The position numbers and the translations under genes are program-made. DNA of 64,000 bases from Schleiferiaceae bacterium (lineage in GTDB: Bacteria > Bacteroidota > Bacteroidia > Flavobacteriales > Schleiferiaceae): contig JAOMWM010000003.1 in the NCBI GenBank assembly GCA_028357285.1, positions 41,679 through 105,678 of the forward strand, written 5' to 3'. The notes beneath the pieces are model-generated. The model did no database searches and was not told the DNA's origin. It worked only from the letters and a program-made list of their open reading frames with translations. Position 1 is the stretch's first letter. The number at the start of each line of letters is the position of its first letter. Below, one piece after another: positions 16,332-28,152 of this stretch.

Positions 16332-18659
16332 TTATGCCATTGCAGCAGCTGCAGTGGATGCTTTTTCGCCGGCAGCAACTTCAAACCAATGGCCGTCGAT
16401 GGCGAATTTGGCTGGAGCGCCGCTTACGTTCTCTATGGTCATGCCGTCGGCGGTGAGGTTTGCTTTGAGCGTAGCGCCTCTCCATAGGATGGAGAAGGTT
16501 AGGCCCTTCCATTGTGCAGGGAGCTTTGGTGTAAAGTGCAATTCTTCACCCCGAATCTTCATACCGCCGAACCCTTGCACGACAGACATCCAAGTACCTG
16601 CCATCGAGGTGATGTGCAATCCTTCGTGAACTTCACGGTTGTAATCGTCGATGTCCAAACGAGAGGTACGCAGGTACATTTCGTAGGCTTTCTCTGGGTA
16701 ATCAATCTGTGCCGCCAAGATTGCGTGTACACAAGGGCTCAACGAGCTCTCGTGAACGGTCTTTGGCTCATAGAAGTCGAAATTGCGCTTTACTTCTTCT
16801 TCCTCGTAGAGGTGGTTCAAGAAGTAGTAGCCCTGCAATACGTCGGCCTGCTTGATGAAGATCGAACGCAGGATGCGGTCCCAGCTCCAATGCTGGTTGA
16901 TCGGGCGCTCGTCCAGGCGGAGGTCGTCTGCGGTAAGCTGCTCTTTATCGAGGAAGCCGTCTTGCTGCAATACCACACCAAGCTTTTCACTTTTCGGGTA
17001 GTACATCTTCGCAATGATGTCGTTCCATATTGCGAATTCAGTATCGGCGTTTAGTGATGTTTTAGCAGTGATCGCGCTAAGTGCGTCCGAAGCATTTTCT
17101 TTTAGCCAATTGTGGGCTTCCAGCGTCCACTCCAACGTCCACGCCGCCATCCGATTCGTGTACCAGTTGTTGTTGATGTTGTTTTCGTACTCGTTCGGCC
17201 CAGTTACACCGAGCATTACGTAGGCTTCTTTTTCCTGTGACCAATTCACACGCTGCGACCAGAATCGGCTAATACCTAAAAGGACCTCAAATCCCCCATC
17301 GGCTAGATAGCCCCAATCTTGGGTGTGACGTATGTAATCGAACACGCCATAAGCGATGGCTGCATTGCGGTGGATTTCCTCGAAAGTGATCTCCCACTCG
17401 TTGTGACATTCTTCGCCGTTCATCGTCACCATCGGGTACAATGCTGCGCCGTCGGTAAATCCTAGCTTACCCGCATTTTCGATGGCCTTATCCAACTGCT
17501 TGTAACGGTACAAACACAAGTTCTTCGCTACTTCCGGCTGTGCTGTTGCGAGGTAGAAAGGCAAACAGTACGCTTCCGTATCCCAGTAGGTAGAACCGCC
17601 GTATTTCTCGCCGGTAAACCCTTTCGGACCGATGTTCAATCGATCGTCCACACCCGTGAAGGTCTGGTTCATGTGGAAGATGTTGAAGCGGATGCCTTGT
17701 TGTGCTTCCGCATCACCTTCTATTTCAATATCAGAGGTTTCCCACTTCTTGTGCCAAGCTGCTACATGTTCATTGCGTAATGCTTCATAGCCTTGGGCTG
17801 CAGCTGCCGTAGCGCTCGCTGCTACCTTTGTGTCCAAACTAGCTGCCTCATGGTTCATGCTTGATAGTACGGCAGCGAATTTATTCAGTTGCAGTAATTG
17901 ACCTTGTGGAACATCAAATGCCGCACATTCACAAACGTACATGTGCGTTGCTTCTGTCGTGGAATCCCAAGCTACAGCTGCGCCGTCAACCGTGCTGCTG
18001 TTGCGCATGGCTACACTGACTTCAAAGCCGGTTTTCTTTGTTTTAGCATGGACATAGCTGGTCCCGTTTTCTTGTCCGCAGCTGACCGATTCCCAGAATT
18101 TCTCATCGTAATTACTGTCCTCGTTTTCCACATCAAAGTCCAGACAAGAACAGATTTCAATAGATCCGGAGAAGTTGATTGGAGTAATGCTGTAGGACAG
18201 TGCTCCAATTTCGTCATTTACGATACTTACGAATCGTTCTGTTTGGATAGCGACTATTTTTCCGGAAGGAAGTGTTGCTTGGAATGAGCGCTTCAAAAGT
18301 CCGCTCTGCATATCGAGTTCGCGGTAAAAATCGTTCACCGCCGTAGCTGTGTTTAAATCTAAAGTTTCGCTATCCACGGTGATTTTTAAACCGATCCAGT
18401 TACAGGAGTTGAGGACTTTCGCGAAGTATTCGGGGTAGCCGTTTTTCCACCAACCTACGCGCGTTTTATCGGGATAGTAAACCCCTGCGATGTAGGAACC
18501 TTGTAAACTTTTTCCGGTGTAGGTTTCCTCGAAATTGGCCCGTTGGCCCATTCGACCATTGCCTATAGAAAATAGACTTTCACTTTTCGGGTGGTTGGAT
18601 GCATTCCAGCCATTTTCAATGATTTTCCAGGGATGTACCTCTGTGTATTTATTGAACAT
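16332..18659 (-). CDS. GH65 maltose phosphorylase (kojibiose phosphorylase family)
   Basis: 775 aa. Catalytic-loop context GVTGPNEYENNINNNWYTN. Immediately downstream of beta-phosphoglucomutase. Confidence 0.9.
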   Translation of the reverse strand: MFNKYTEVHPWKIIENGWNASNHPKSESLFSIGNGRMGQRANFEETYTGKSLQGSYIAGVYYPDKTRVGWWKNGYPEYFAKVLNSCNWIGLKITVDSETLDLNTATAVNDFYRELDMQSGLLKRSFQATLPSGKIVAIQTERFVSIVNDEIGALSYSITPINFSGSIEICSCLDFDVENEDSNYDEKFWESVSCGQENGTSYVHAKTKKTGFEVSVAMRNSSTVDGAAVAWDSTTEATHMYVCECAAFDVPQGQLLQLNKFAAVLSSMNHEAASLDTKVAASATAAAAQGYEALRNEHVAAWHKKWETSDIEIEGDAEAQQGIRFNIFHMNQTFTGVDDRLNIGPKGFTGEKYGGSTYWDTEAYCLPFYLATAQPEVAKNLCLYRYKQLDKAIENAGKLGFTDGAALYPMVTMNGEECHNEWEITFEEIHRNAAIAYGVFDYIRHTQDWGYLADGGFEVLLGISRFWSQRVNWSQEKEAYVMLGVTGPNEYENNINNNWYTNRMAAWTLEWTLEAHNWLKENASDALSAITAKTSLNADTEFAIWNDIIAKMYYPKSEKLGVVLQQDGFLDKEQLTADDLRLDERPINQHWSWDRILRSIFIKQADVLQGYYFLNHLYEEEEVKRNFDFYEPKTVHESSLSPCVHAILAAQIDYPEKAYEMYLRTSRLDIDDYNREVHEGLHITSMAGTWMSVVQGFGGMKIRGEELHFTPKLPAQWKGLTFSILWRGATLKANLTADGMTIENVSGAPAKFAIDGHWFEVAAGEKASTAAAAMA

Positions 18660-18677
18660 TATACTTTCTTTGCGCAG

Positions 18678-19325
18678 TTATAGTGCGCGCAGAAGTTCTT
18701 CAGGAGAGGTTTCACCCAACGCGTTAAAATAAAGGTCTGCCCCACCTAATATATCAGGTGTTCCGATTCCCACACACGTCATTCCGCCTGATTTTGCAGC
18801 CTGTACTCCGGCGATAGAATCTTCAAACACAATACATTCCGCCGGCGCCAGACCTAATGCTTCTGCGCCTTTCAAAAATACCTCAGGATGCGGTTTGCCA
18901 TTTACCACATTATTCCCATCAATTATCGCATCGAAAAGAGGGAGGAGGTTCATTTTATCTAAAATGAGGGGGGCATTTTTAGATGCCGAACCTAGTGCAA
19001 TCCCAATTCCTTGTGCCTTTGCTTGGTGTAAAAAATCCACTGCACCAGGCAATCCATCCTTAGCGCTGAGTTGGATAACCAACTCAAGGTACCATTCATT
19101 TTTTAACTCCATCAGCGCTTGGAACTCTTCGTCGGAAATCGTCGCCCCAGTCCACTCCAAAATCTTCTTAAGTGAATCTACGCGGCTTACTCCTTTGAGT
19201 TGTTCGTTTTGTGCTTCAGTAAAGTCGCCGCCCAATTTTTGCGCGAGTCGGCGCCACGCTTGAAAATGAAAAACGGCGGTATCTACAATAACGCCGTCTA
19301 AATCAAAGAGAAATCCTTTAACCAT
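18678..19325 (-). CDS. pgmB: Beta-phosphoglucomutase
   Basis: HAD motifs FDLDGVIVDT, GSASKN, VFEDSIAGVQAA. Paired with GH65. Confidence 0.9.
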   Translation of the reverse strand: MVKGFLFDLDGVIVDTAVFHFQAWRRLAQKLGGDFTEAQNEQLKGVSRVDSLKKILEWTGATISDEEFQALMELKNEWYLELVIQLSAKDGLPGAVDFLHQAKAQGIGIALGSASKNAPLILDKMNLLPLFDAIIDGNNVVNGKPHPEVFLKGAEALGLAPAECIVFEDSIAGVQAAKSGGMTCVGIGTPDILGGADLYFNALGETSPEELLRAL

Positions 19326-19328
19326 TAG

Positions 19329-20201
19329 TTAGACCTGGTAGGTATTTAAGATGTTTAGGTATTCTAAATGGTATTTGATTAAACCGTCTACTGGTTTGCG
19401 CATGATTTGGCCTAAACGAAAACCACGCTCTTCTAAAACCTCTTCTAGAATTTCATGGAAAATGGCGCCAACTGAACCAACGAAATGCACGGGTACTTCT
19501 GTTGCATTCACAAAACAGCCAATGTGAATGTCCGCGAATTTAGCGAAGCCTTCACGCACAATCATTTTAACATACGGATGTTCCATATGCTTACCGGCAA
19601 AACGGCTGAATGAGGCCAAATAAACGTTAGCGTTCGGTTTGTTGTATACACTGGTAACGATTTCATCTTTATCTAAACCATAGGTATCGAAAAAATCACG
19701 AGACATCTCTTCTGGGAGACGCTTGTATAAGAAATCTGAAACGAGGCGTTTTCCAATAAAACTGGCAGAGCCTTCGTCCCCTAAAATATAAGCCAACGCG
19801 GGTACTTCATCGCTCACTGTTTCACCGTCGAAATAACAACTGTTTGATCCAGTACCTAGGATACAGGTAATGGCTGGTTCACCTGTGTAGGTTGAATAGG
19901 CACTTGCGACTAAATCGTGGTCAACATTGATCGTGGCGTTTTTGAAAACACGCTTTAAACCATCGTGAATGATGTCTTTTAAGCTCTCGCTAGAGGCACC
20001 TGCGCCATAAAAATAGACGAAATCGACACTGCCGTGGATGCTAGAAACAACGCCGTTACCGCCAAGCTCTTCATGAATGAAGGGCGCAGAGTGGAAATAG
20101 GGATTGAATCCCATGGTAGAGAATCGCTTGTACTCGGAACCGTCCGGGTTCAGAGCCACCCAATCACATTTTGTAGAACCACTTTCGGCGATTAGTATCA
20201 T
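19329..20201 (-). CDS. BadF/BadG/BcrA/BcrD-type ATPase, N-acetylglucosamine-kinase-like sugar kinase
   Basis: ASKHA-fold start MILIAESGSTKCDW and LGTGSNSC phosphate loop. 3 nt upstream of pgmB. Confidence 0.75.
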   Translation of the reverse strand: MILIAESGSTKCDWVALNPDGSEYKRFSTMGFNPYFHSAPFIHEELGGNGVVSSIHGSVDFVYFYGAGASSESLKDIIHDGLKRVFKNATINVDHDLVASAYSTYTGEPAITCILGTGSNSCYFDGETVSDEVPALAYILGDEGSASFIGKRLVSDFLYKRLPEEMSRDFFDTYGLDKDEIVTSVYNKPNANVYLASFSRFAGKHMEHPYVKMIVREGFAKFADIHIGCFVNATEVPVHFVGSVGAIFHEILEEVLEERGFRLGQIMRKPVDGLIKYHLEYLNILNTYQV

Positions 20202-20215
20202 ACGGTTTAAATAGC

Positions 20216-20242
20216 GGACCGCACCTTTAGAAGGTGCGGTCC
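20216..20242 (-). terminator. Stem-loop after gap (weak terminator or processing site)
   Basis: Perfect 10-bp stem GGACCGCACC/GGTGCGGTCC with a 7-nt loop. Only a weak T-rich tail on the minus strand. Confidence 0.45.
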
Positions 20243-20254
20243 AGTATTAAATGT

Positions 20255-22239
<1,985 letters not shown>

Positions 22240-22257
22240 AGTTGCAAAGATAATAAC

Positions 22258-22278
22258 TAAGTGTAAATGTTACACTTA
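22258..22278. promoter_or_regulatory. Perfect 21-bp palindrome, candidate operator in the pfkA / Nudix-regulator divergent region
   Basis: TAAGTGTAA-ATG-TTACACTTA with 9-bp perfect arms. Lies 19 nt upstream of the pfkA ATG and just upstream of a minus-strand TATCTTTG (-7-like) box at 22245-22252. Confidence 0.5.
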
Positions 22279-22341
22279 TTAATTTTTTGTCATTATCTTT
22301 AAAAGCATCATATTTTACCTAAAACACACTCAAACACCGCT

Positions 22342-23031
22342 ATGCCACAGCAATTTGAACTTAATTCAAACATTAGTGTAGACTGCGTCATCTTCGGTTT
22401 TGATGGCGAAAAACTCAAGGTTTTACTGATTGAAGAGAAAGATATAGGGCAGGGAATGTTAAGAAAACGTCTGCCTGGCGATCTAATTTTAAAAAATGAA
22501 AGCTTAAACGATGCCGCAGACAGAGTGCTCTTTGAATTAGCCACTCTCAAGGATGTTATCTTAAAGCAATTTCACACATTCGGTGACCCCGGCCGTGTAA
22601 ATGACGCTAAGGACAGAAAGTGGCTGGAATTGTATCGTAAAGACCCTGCAGAACGCGTGATTACCGCAGCTTATTATGCATTAGTAAAGATGGATGATTT
22701 TGTTCCCAATCCCTCAAGTTTTGCAGGCGAGGCATTGTGGTGTGATATTCAAGAAGTTCCAGAATTGGCCTTTGATCACAATGAGATTGTCGAGGTGGCC
22801 TTGTGGAAATTACAGCGCCATTTTGTGTTAAATAAGAGCGGGTACGAGCTTCTTCCTAAGAAATTTACCCTTAATCAGCTACAGCAGTTGCACGAAGCAA
22901 TCACCCAAGAAGAATTGGACAAAAGGAATTTCCGTAAAAAGGTGGTTCGCGAAAAGCTCGTTGAGGCAACGGAAGAAAAGCAAGACAATGTGCTGCACAA
23001 ACCGGCTCGATTGTACCGCATCAAGGTTTAA
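22342..23031 (+). CDS. NrtR-like transcriptional regulator (degenerate Nudix domain + C-terminal winged helix)
   Basis: Nudix-box remnant GDLILKNESLNDAADRVLFELATL lacks two of the three REUxEE glutamates. C-terminal FDHNEIVEVALWKLQ segment is typical of NrtR-family DNA-binding domains. Confidence 0.75.
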   Translation: MPQQFELNSNISVDCVIFGFDGEKLKVLLIEEKDIGQGMLRKRLPGDLILKNESLNDAADRVLFELATLKDVILKQFHTFGDPGRVNDAKDRKWLELYRKDPAERVITAAYYALVKMDDFVPNPSSFAGEALWCDIQEVPELAFDHNEIVEVALWKLQRHFVLNKSGYELLPKKFTLNQLQQLHEAITQEELDKRNFRKKVVREKLVEATEEKQDNVLHKPARLYRIKV

Positions 23032-23125
23032 TTTCCCGCTTTTCTCCAAAACCATCTTCGTTTAGGATAAATAGTGGGATAATTCTGTTAATGGGACTAT
23101 GCTGCGGATTTTACTTGAAGGCTCT

Positions 23126-23146
23126 TAAAGTGTACATTTGACTTTA
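23126..23146. promoter_or_regulatory. Imperfect 21-bp inverted repeat overlapping a -7-like box upstream of susC-like gene
   Basis: TAAAGTGTACATTTGACTTTA has 6-bp outer arms TAAAGT/ACTTTA. It shares AAGTGTA with the 22258 palindrome and contains TACATTTG (23133-23140), 27 nt before the ATG. Confidence 0.3.
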
Positions 23147-23167
23147 TAACTTAACAAGCGTAAGCAG

Positions 23168-26100
23168 ATGAAAAGCACTTCTCGTTTTTTACTTTTCTGT
23201 TTTAGTTTCTTCTTCGTCCAGTCAATTGTAGCACAGACCGTTACTGGAACCGTAGTCGACGAATACAATGAAGCCTTGCCTTCAGTCGTCATTACCGTAG
23301 AGAATCAAAGCGGAACCATGACCGATTATAATGGTCAATACACCCTTAACCTCCCTAAAGGAACAAACAACATTACCTACAGTTTTGTCGGTTACGAGCC
23401 GGTGACAAAAGCGGTTGCCGTTCAAGGCAATAAGGTAGTAAATGTGGTAATGAAACCATCGCAAACGCAGCTTGATGAAGTGGTCGTAGTGGGTTATGGT
23501 GTGGCACGTCGACGCGACCTCACGGGTTCTGTAGTGAGTTTGAAGTCAAAAGAGCTCACGGACATTCCCACACCTTCTTTTGAAAATGCCATTCAAGGCA
23601 AGGCAGCGGGCGTTCAGGTTATCACGGGTTCTGGGATCGCCGGTTCGGGATCCATGGTTCGTGTTCGTGGGGTAGCCTCCATTTCTGCTGGTGGTGATCC
23701 ATTATATGTGGTAGATGGGATTCCAATTACACAAGATTACTTTTTGAACGGAAACCGTGGGGGTTTCAATACAAACCCATTGGCGACAATTAACCCAAAC
23801 GATATTGAATCGGTTGAAATATTAAAAGATGCCGCGGCAACAGGGATCTACGGTTCACGTGGATCTAACGGGGTTATTCTGATAACCACAAAAAGGGGAA
23901 AGTCAAAAAAGTTGACCTATAATTTTTCAGCGCGCACGGGAATCAGTGCACCGACAGCACTACCGAACATGGCGAGTAAGGAAGAGTACTTGCAGCTGTA
24001 TGAAGAGGCCTGGGTAAATGACGGAAACGTTGGTGTTCCGGAGTTACCAGGAAATAGAATGAGCTGGGCAGAGGCCCAAGCCATTGAAGGAACCGATTGG
24101 ATACAAGAAACTATTCGCACAGGCGTGAAGCAGGGTTATGATTTCTCTGCGTCTAAAGGGTTCAAAGGCGGTAACTTCTATGCGGGCCTATCTTATAATG
24201 ATAACCACAGTTACTTAGCTGGAAACTCGTATGAAAGAATTTCGGGCCGATTTAATGTTGATTATAATCTGGCATCAAATCTAAAATTGGGGCTCAGCAC
24301 CTCTATTTCAAGGGGTATCAATAATAGAATTGACGCAGCTTGGTCTGGCGGCTTCGGGGAAGCTATGTCGAAAGCTCTTCCCATTTATCCCGTACGTTAT
24401 GCCGAGGATGAATACGATGCAGATGGTAATGTGGTTGCATCAGCAGGAGACTATTGGTTGAAAGGCGGCGTGAGCTTGAATCCCGTTGCACAACGTGAAT
24501 TAAAGGATTGGACTGCAATCGAGGACCGCACGATAAACAACATCACTTTAGACTATAAACTAAGTGATGCATGGACGCTTCGAGGTCAAGGAGCCTTCGA
24601 TTACATGCATTTTGAGGATCACATTTGGGAGAAAGCAGGCTACGATCCTACCTATAAAGATTCAGAAGGTAATTTGCTTGGTCGCGCAAACATGTACACC
24701 TATGATGTTTGGAACACTTCAGGCAACGCGACGGCGAATTACATTAAGGATATTGGGAAAAACCATCATATTAATTGGTTGGTGGGTTCTGAATACCAAT
24801 ACAACCGCATCCTTCGCTGGGATGGGTATTACGACAGTGAGGCCACAGGACAGATTCGTGAGACAGGACAATATGTAAACGATCCGCTAAGTTACCTAGA
24901 GGAGTATGCCTTTGCATCGGCCTTCACGCGTTTGAACTACAACTTCGCAGGCAAGTATTACGCGGAAGCGTTGATCCGTCGTGACGGATCTTCAAAATTT
25001 GGACCGAACAATAAATACGGAAACTTCCCGGCAGCATCTATTGGCTGGATCATTACAGAAGAAGATTTCATGGAAGGATTACCGAACGTGAGCTATTTGA
25101 AGTTGAAGACTTCGGTTGGTAAAAACGGAAACTCGGCCATTCCATCGTACCAGTGGTTTGGATACTATAATGTTGCCAATAATGGTTATGCGGGCCAGAC
25201 CTACCGTTACCCGGTAATTCGCGAAAATGCAGATTTGCGTTGGGAGACGTCGACCACGTACGACATCGGTTTGGAGTATGGATTTTTCAACGATCGTGTA
25301 ACCGGGGAATTGGCTTGGTACCACAAAGAAACTAACGACATGTTACTTAACGTAACCCTACAAGGCTCAACAGGATTTGGTTCTTGGTGGGATAACGTAG
25401 GTAGTGTCTACAATACTGGGGTTGAGTTTGCGATAAAGTCGCGCAACATTGTGAAGGATAATTTTACTTGGACTACAGATTTCAATATCGCACGCAATAC
25501 GAATCAGATTACTTCGATCGGACAGTATTCTCCAGACGCTGTGAGTGGTGGAACGAATGATACACGTGTAGTAGTAGGAATGCCCATTGGTACGAATTAC
25601 CTCGTGCAATTCTCGCATGTAGACCCAACGAACGGGTTGCCGGTGTACCTCACTAAAGACGGTGAAGAAACCTACACTTGGGATCTTCAAGACCGCGTGG
25701 CTGTAGGTAATGTCATGCCGGATGCTATTGGCGGTTTGACCAATACACTTAATTACAAGAATTTAGAATTCAGCTTCTTGTGGGTATTCACCATAGGTGG
25801 CGATATCTACGACAGTTCTTCGAAGCGTCAGATGGGCGTAGTGACAGATTGGAACATGCGTACCGATTTATTCGACCGCTGGCAGCAGCCGGGTGATGCA
25901 GCAACGTACCCAAGATTAAGCCGCGATTACCGCACCTATGGTGCGAATACGGAATGGATCAACACCAATCTTTGGTTGCACGATGGAACCTATGCACGTC
26001 TTCGTAACGTGAAGTTGAGCTACCGCGTCCCGCAAAGCAAGCTTAAAAACATTAAAGGCATGACCGTTAATGTGACCGGTACAAACCTGATCACATTAAC

Positions 26101-26236
26101 CAACTTTATCGGTCTGGATCCAGAGATCGCTCGCGATTTCGAGAACGCTACGGATAGAAACATGTCTCCGAACATTACCTACCTCACGCCACCGCAAGAA
26201 AAGACGGTGAACTTAGGTGTAAACATTAACTTTTAA
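23168..26236 (+). CDS. SusC/RagA family TonB-linked outer-membrane protein
   Basis: 1022 aa. Signal peptide, CarboxypepD_reg-like start (VTGTVVDEYNEALPSVVITVE), plug region VVVVGYGVARRRDLTGSV, terminal aromatic (..GVNINF). Confidence 0.95.
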   Translation: MKSTSRFLLFCFSFFFVQSIVAQTVTGTVVDEYNEALPSVVITVENQSGTMTDYNGQYTLNLPKGTNNITYSFVGYEPVTKAVAVQGNKVVNVVMKPSQTQLDEVVVVGYGVARRRDLTGSVVSLKSKELTDIPTPSFENAIQGKAAGVQVITGSGIAGSGSMVRVRGVASISAGGDPLYVVDGIPITQDYFLNGNRGGFNTNPLATINPNDIESVEILKDAAATGIYGSRGSNGVILITTKRGKSKKLTYNFSARTGISAPTALPNMASKEEYLQLYEEAWVNDGNVGVPELPGNRMSWAEAQAIEGTDWIQETIRTGVKQGYDFSASKGFKGGNFYAGLSYNDNHSYLAGNSYERISGRFNVDYNLASNLKLGLSTSISRGINNRIDAAWSGGFGEAMSKALPIYPVRYAEDEYDADGNVVASAGDYWLKGGVSLNPVAQRELKDWTAIEDRTINNITLDYKLSDAWTLRGQGAFDYMHFEDHIWEKAGYDPTYKDSEGNLLGRANMYTYDVWNTSGNATANYIKDIGKNHHINWLVGSEYQYNRILRWDGYYDSEATGQIRETGQYVNDPLSYLEEYAFASAFTRLNYNFAGKYYAEALIRRDGSSKFGPNNKYGNFPAASIGWIITEEDFMEGLPNVSYLKLKTSVGKNGNSAIPSYQWFGYYNVANNGYAGQTYRYPVIRENADLRWETSTTYDIGLEYGFFNDRVTGELAWYHKETNDMLLNVTLQGSTGFGSWWDNVGSVYNTGVEFAIKSRNIVKDNFTWTTDFNIARNTNQITSIGQYSPDAVSGGTNDTRVVVGMPIGTNYLVQFSHVDPTNGLPVYLTKDGEETYTWDLQDRVAVGNVMPDAIGGLTNTLNYKNLEFSFLWVFTIGGDIYDSSSKRQMGVVTDWNMRTDLFDRWQQPGDAATYPRLSRDYRTYGANTEWINTNLWLHDGTYARLRNVKLSYRVPQSKLKNIKGMTVNVTGTNLITLTNFIGLDPEIARDFENATDRNMSPNITYLTPPQEKTVNLGVNINF

Positions 26237-26248
26237 TCCGCGCGAATC

Positions 26249-27658
26249 ATGAAAAATTTGAGAGTATTTATAGCGCTAATCGCCATCGCAGTCGGAAGTT
26301 CTTCTTGCGAGCGAATTTTGGATTTTCAAGCGAATAGCGACAGCCAGATTCCGGCAGATTCAGCCATTCTGAACATTCAAGATGCGCAAGAGCTATTAGT
26401 AAGTGTATATGATGTTGCAGCAAACGCTTTTAACGGCAGCTTTCAGAACATTCCTGAAGTCATGTCTGATCACATCGCAGATCCATTAGGGCTGAATGGT
26501 GAGTATGCCCAGATTTGGCGTTGGACTTCGTCGTTCTTTAATGGATCTTTTGGTGGCGAATACCGCAACGCATATATCGCGATTTATCGTGCGAATACCT
26601 TAATTGAAGAGGTAGCGGATCTTGAGGGTGCTACTGCTGATGCGGTTGCCCGAATTACAGCGGAAGCAAAGTTTATTCGTGCATTGAGTCATTACCACGT
26701 GGTTCGTATTTGGGCATTGCCTTATGGATATACTTCTGATAACAGCCATTTAGGGATTCCATTAAAGGTGAGCGCGGATCAGACGCCACAGATGCGTGCA
26801 ACCGTAGGAGATGTCTACGCGCAGATAGAGCAAGATCTTTTGGATGCAGAGGCTGATTTGCCGGCATCAAACGGAATTTTCGCAAACCAAATGGCGGCGA
26901 AAGCACTTTTGGCTAAGGTCTATTTAGAAATGGGTGATTTCGCTAATGCAAAAGCTAAGGCGGCTGAGGTAATGAACTCGGGAACGTATGCACTAGACCC
27001 CGTTTTGACCAATCGTTTTGCGGATCATTCAAATGGCAATCTTCCTGCAGAATTCATCTTTACATTGGTGAGTACAAACGAGAGTTCTGCGACGGATACC
27101 ATCGTAGATGAACGCGGTACGGGATTTACCTTTAATTATCGTTCCGATGATCCAAACGCGAACCCAGCATTGAAAGCAAGTCAAGCATTGTATGTTGAGG
27201 CTACGGCGGATACAAATGATCTACGTGGACAGTTGTGGTACGAGGCGCGCAATGCGGGTACCCCTGATGAGTTCTATGTGGTGAGTAAATTCGACGGTAG
27301 TTTCCTCGATGTGCCTCTATTACATTTATCAGATTTGTATCTCATTTATGCCGAATGTAATGTGCGTTTAAATGGCGATAGTGATGGAACCGGATTGGCA
27401 AAAATCAATGCATTGCGTCAACGCGCTGGATTGACAGATTTATCTACTCTTTCACTCACTGATGTTATGTCGGAGCGACGTTTGGAATTGGCCTTTGAAG
27501 GTGACCGATTATTCCAACTTAAGCGCCAAGGTGTATTGGGAGAAATCCAAACCATTCGTGGTGTAGATTGGGATTGTCCAGGTATGGTACTGCAATTCCC
27601 TAATTTCGAAGGGACAGCGCAAGGATTTGTTTATAATGAAGAAGGAGGCTGCAACTAA
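26249..27658 (+). CDS. SusD/RagB family nutrient-binding outer-membrane lipoprotein
   Basis: Lipobox VGSSSC, TPR-like helical body, directly follows the SusC-like gene. Confidence 0.9.
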   Translation: MKNLRVFIALIAIAVGSSSCERILDFQANSDSQIPADSAILNIQDAQELLVSVYDVAANAFNGSFQNIPEVMSDHIADPLGLNGEYAQIWRWTSSFFNGSFGGEYRNAYIAIYRANTLIEEVADLEGATADAVARITAEAKFIRALSHYHVVRIWALPYGYTSDNSHLGIPLKVSADQTPQMRATVGDVYAQIEQDLLDAEADLPASNGIFANQMAAKALLAKVYLEMGDFANAKAKAAEVMNSGTYALDPVLTNRFADHSNGNLPAEFIFTLVSTNESSATDTIVDERGTGFTFNYRSDDPNANPALKASQALYVEATADTNDLRGQLWYEARNAGTPDEFYVVSKFDGSFLDVPLLHLSDLYLIYAECNVRLNGDSDGTGLAKINALRQRAGLTDLSTLSLTDVMSERRLELAFEGDRLFQLKRQGVLGEIQTIRGVDWDCPGMVLQFPNFEGTAQGFVYNEEGGCN

Positions 27659-27670
27659 GCAGGAAAGTAT

Positions 27671-28144
27671 ATGAAAGCAAGAATTATAACTATAGTGGCG
27701 GCTGCATTTTTAGCCCTAGGTGCATGTAAGCCTGAAGTGGGTCCAATCGGACCAAGCTATGAGGCAGGTGCAGGTATTCTCGGAACATGGGAGCTCACAA
27801 TGGTCGAGCAGACGGATGTAACACTTCCAGTGCCCGAAACGCGCGATGTCAGTGATTTATACGTCGACGCTCAAAATAAATGGGTAGTTGCTTTTAATAG
27901 CGACAGTACCTATTCTGTGAACCAGCAAGGTCCGGGTTTTGATGTGTTTGGTAATGGGGGAACGTGGCGTTATAATACGCCTGAGTATCCGTCAGAACTT
28001 CATTTAGTGCAGGACTCAACAATAGTGGTTTTACCGATGGGTAACATGCCAAGAAGTATTGATCAGAATGTAAGCTTCATCTACGCTCGCGAGCGTTGCG
28101 ACAAGCCGAGCGTTTCTTACCAATTAACGTTTACTCGTAAATAA
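27671..28144 (+). CDS. Small PUL-encoded lipoprotein, lipocalin-like (function unknown)
   Basis: Lipobox ALGAC and GTWEL motif common in lipocalin-like lipoproteins. 12 nt after susD. Confidence 0.6.
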   Translation: MKARIITIVAAAFLALGACKPEVGPIGPSYEAGAGILGTWELTMVEQTDVTLPVPETRDVSDLYVDAQNKWVVAFNSDSTYSVNQQGPGFDVFGNGGTWRYNTPEYPSELHLVQDSTIVVLPMGNMPRSIDQNVSFIYARERCDKPSVSYQLTFTRK

Positions 28145-28152
28145 GCCCTATT

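Noticed and set aside
15386-17054. Long plus-strand ORFs (234 aa at 15386-16090, 180 aa at 16512-17054, and others) across the GH13 and GH65 genes
   Set aside because: They lie opposite well-supported glycoside hydrolase genes. They have no start context, no motifs and atypical composition.
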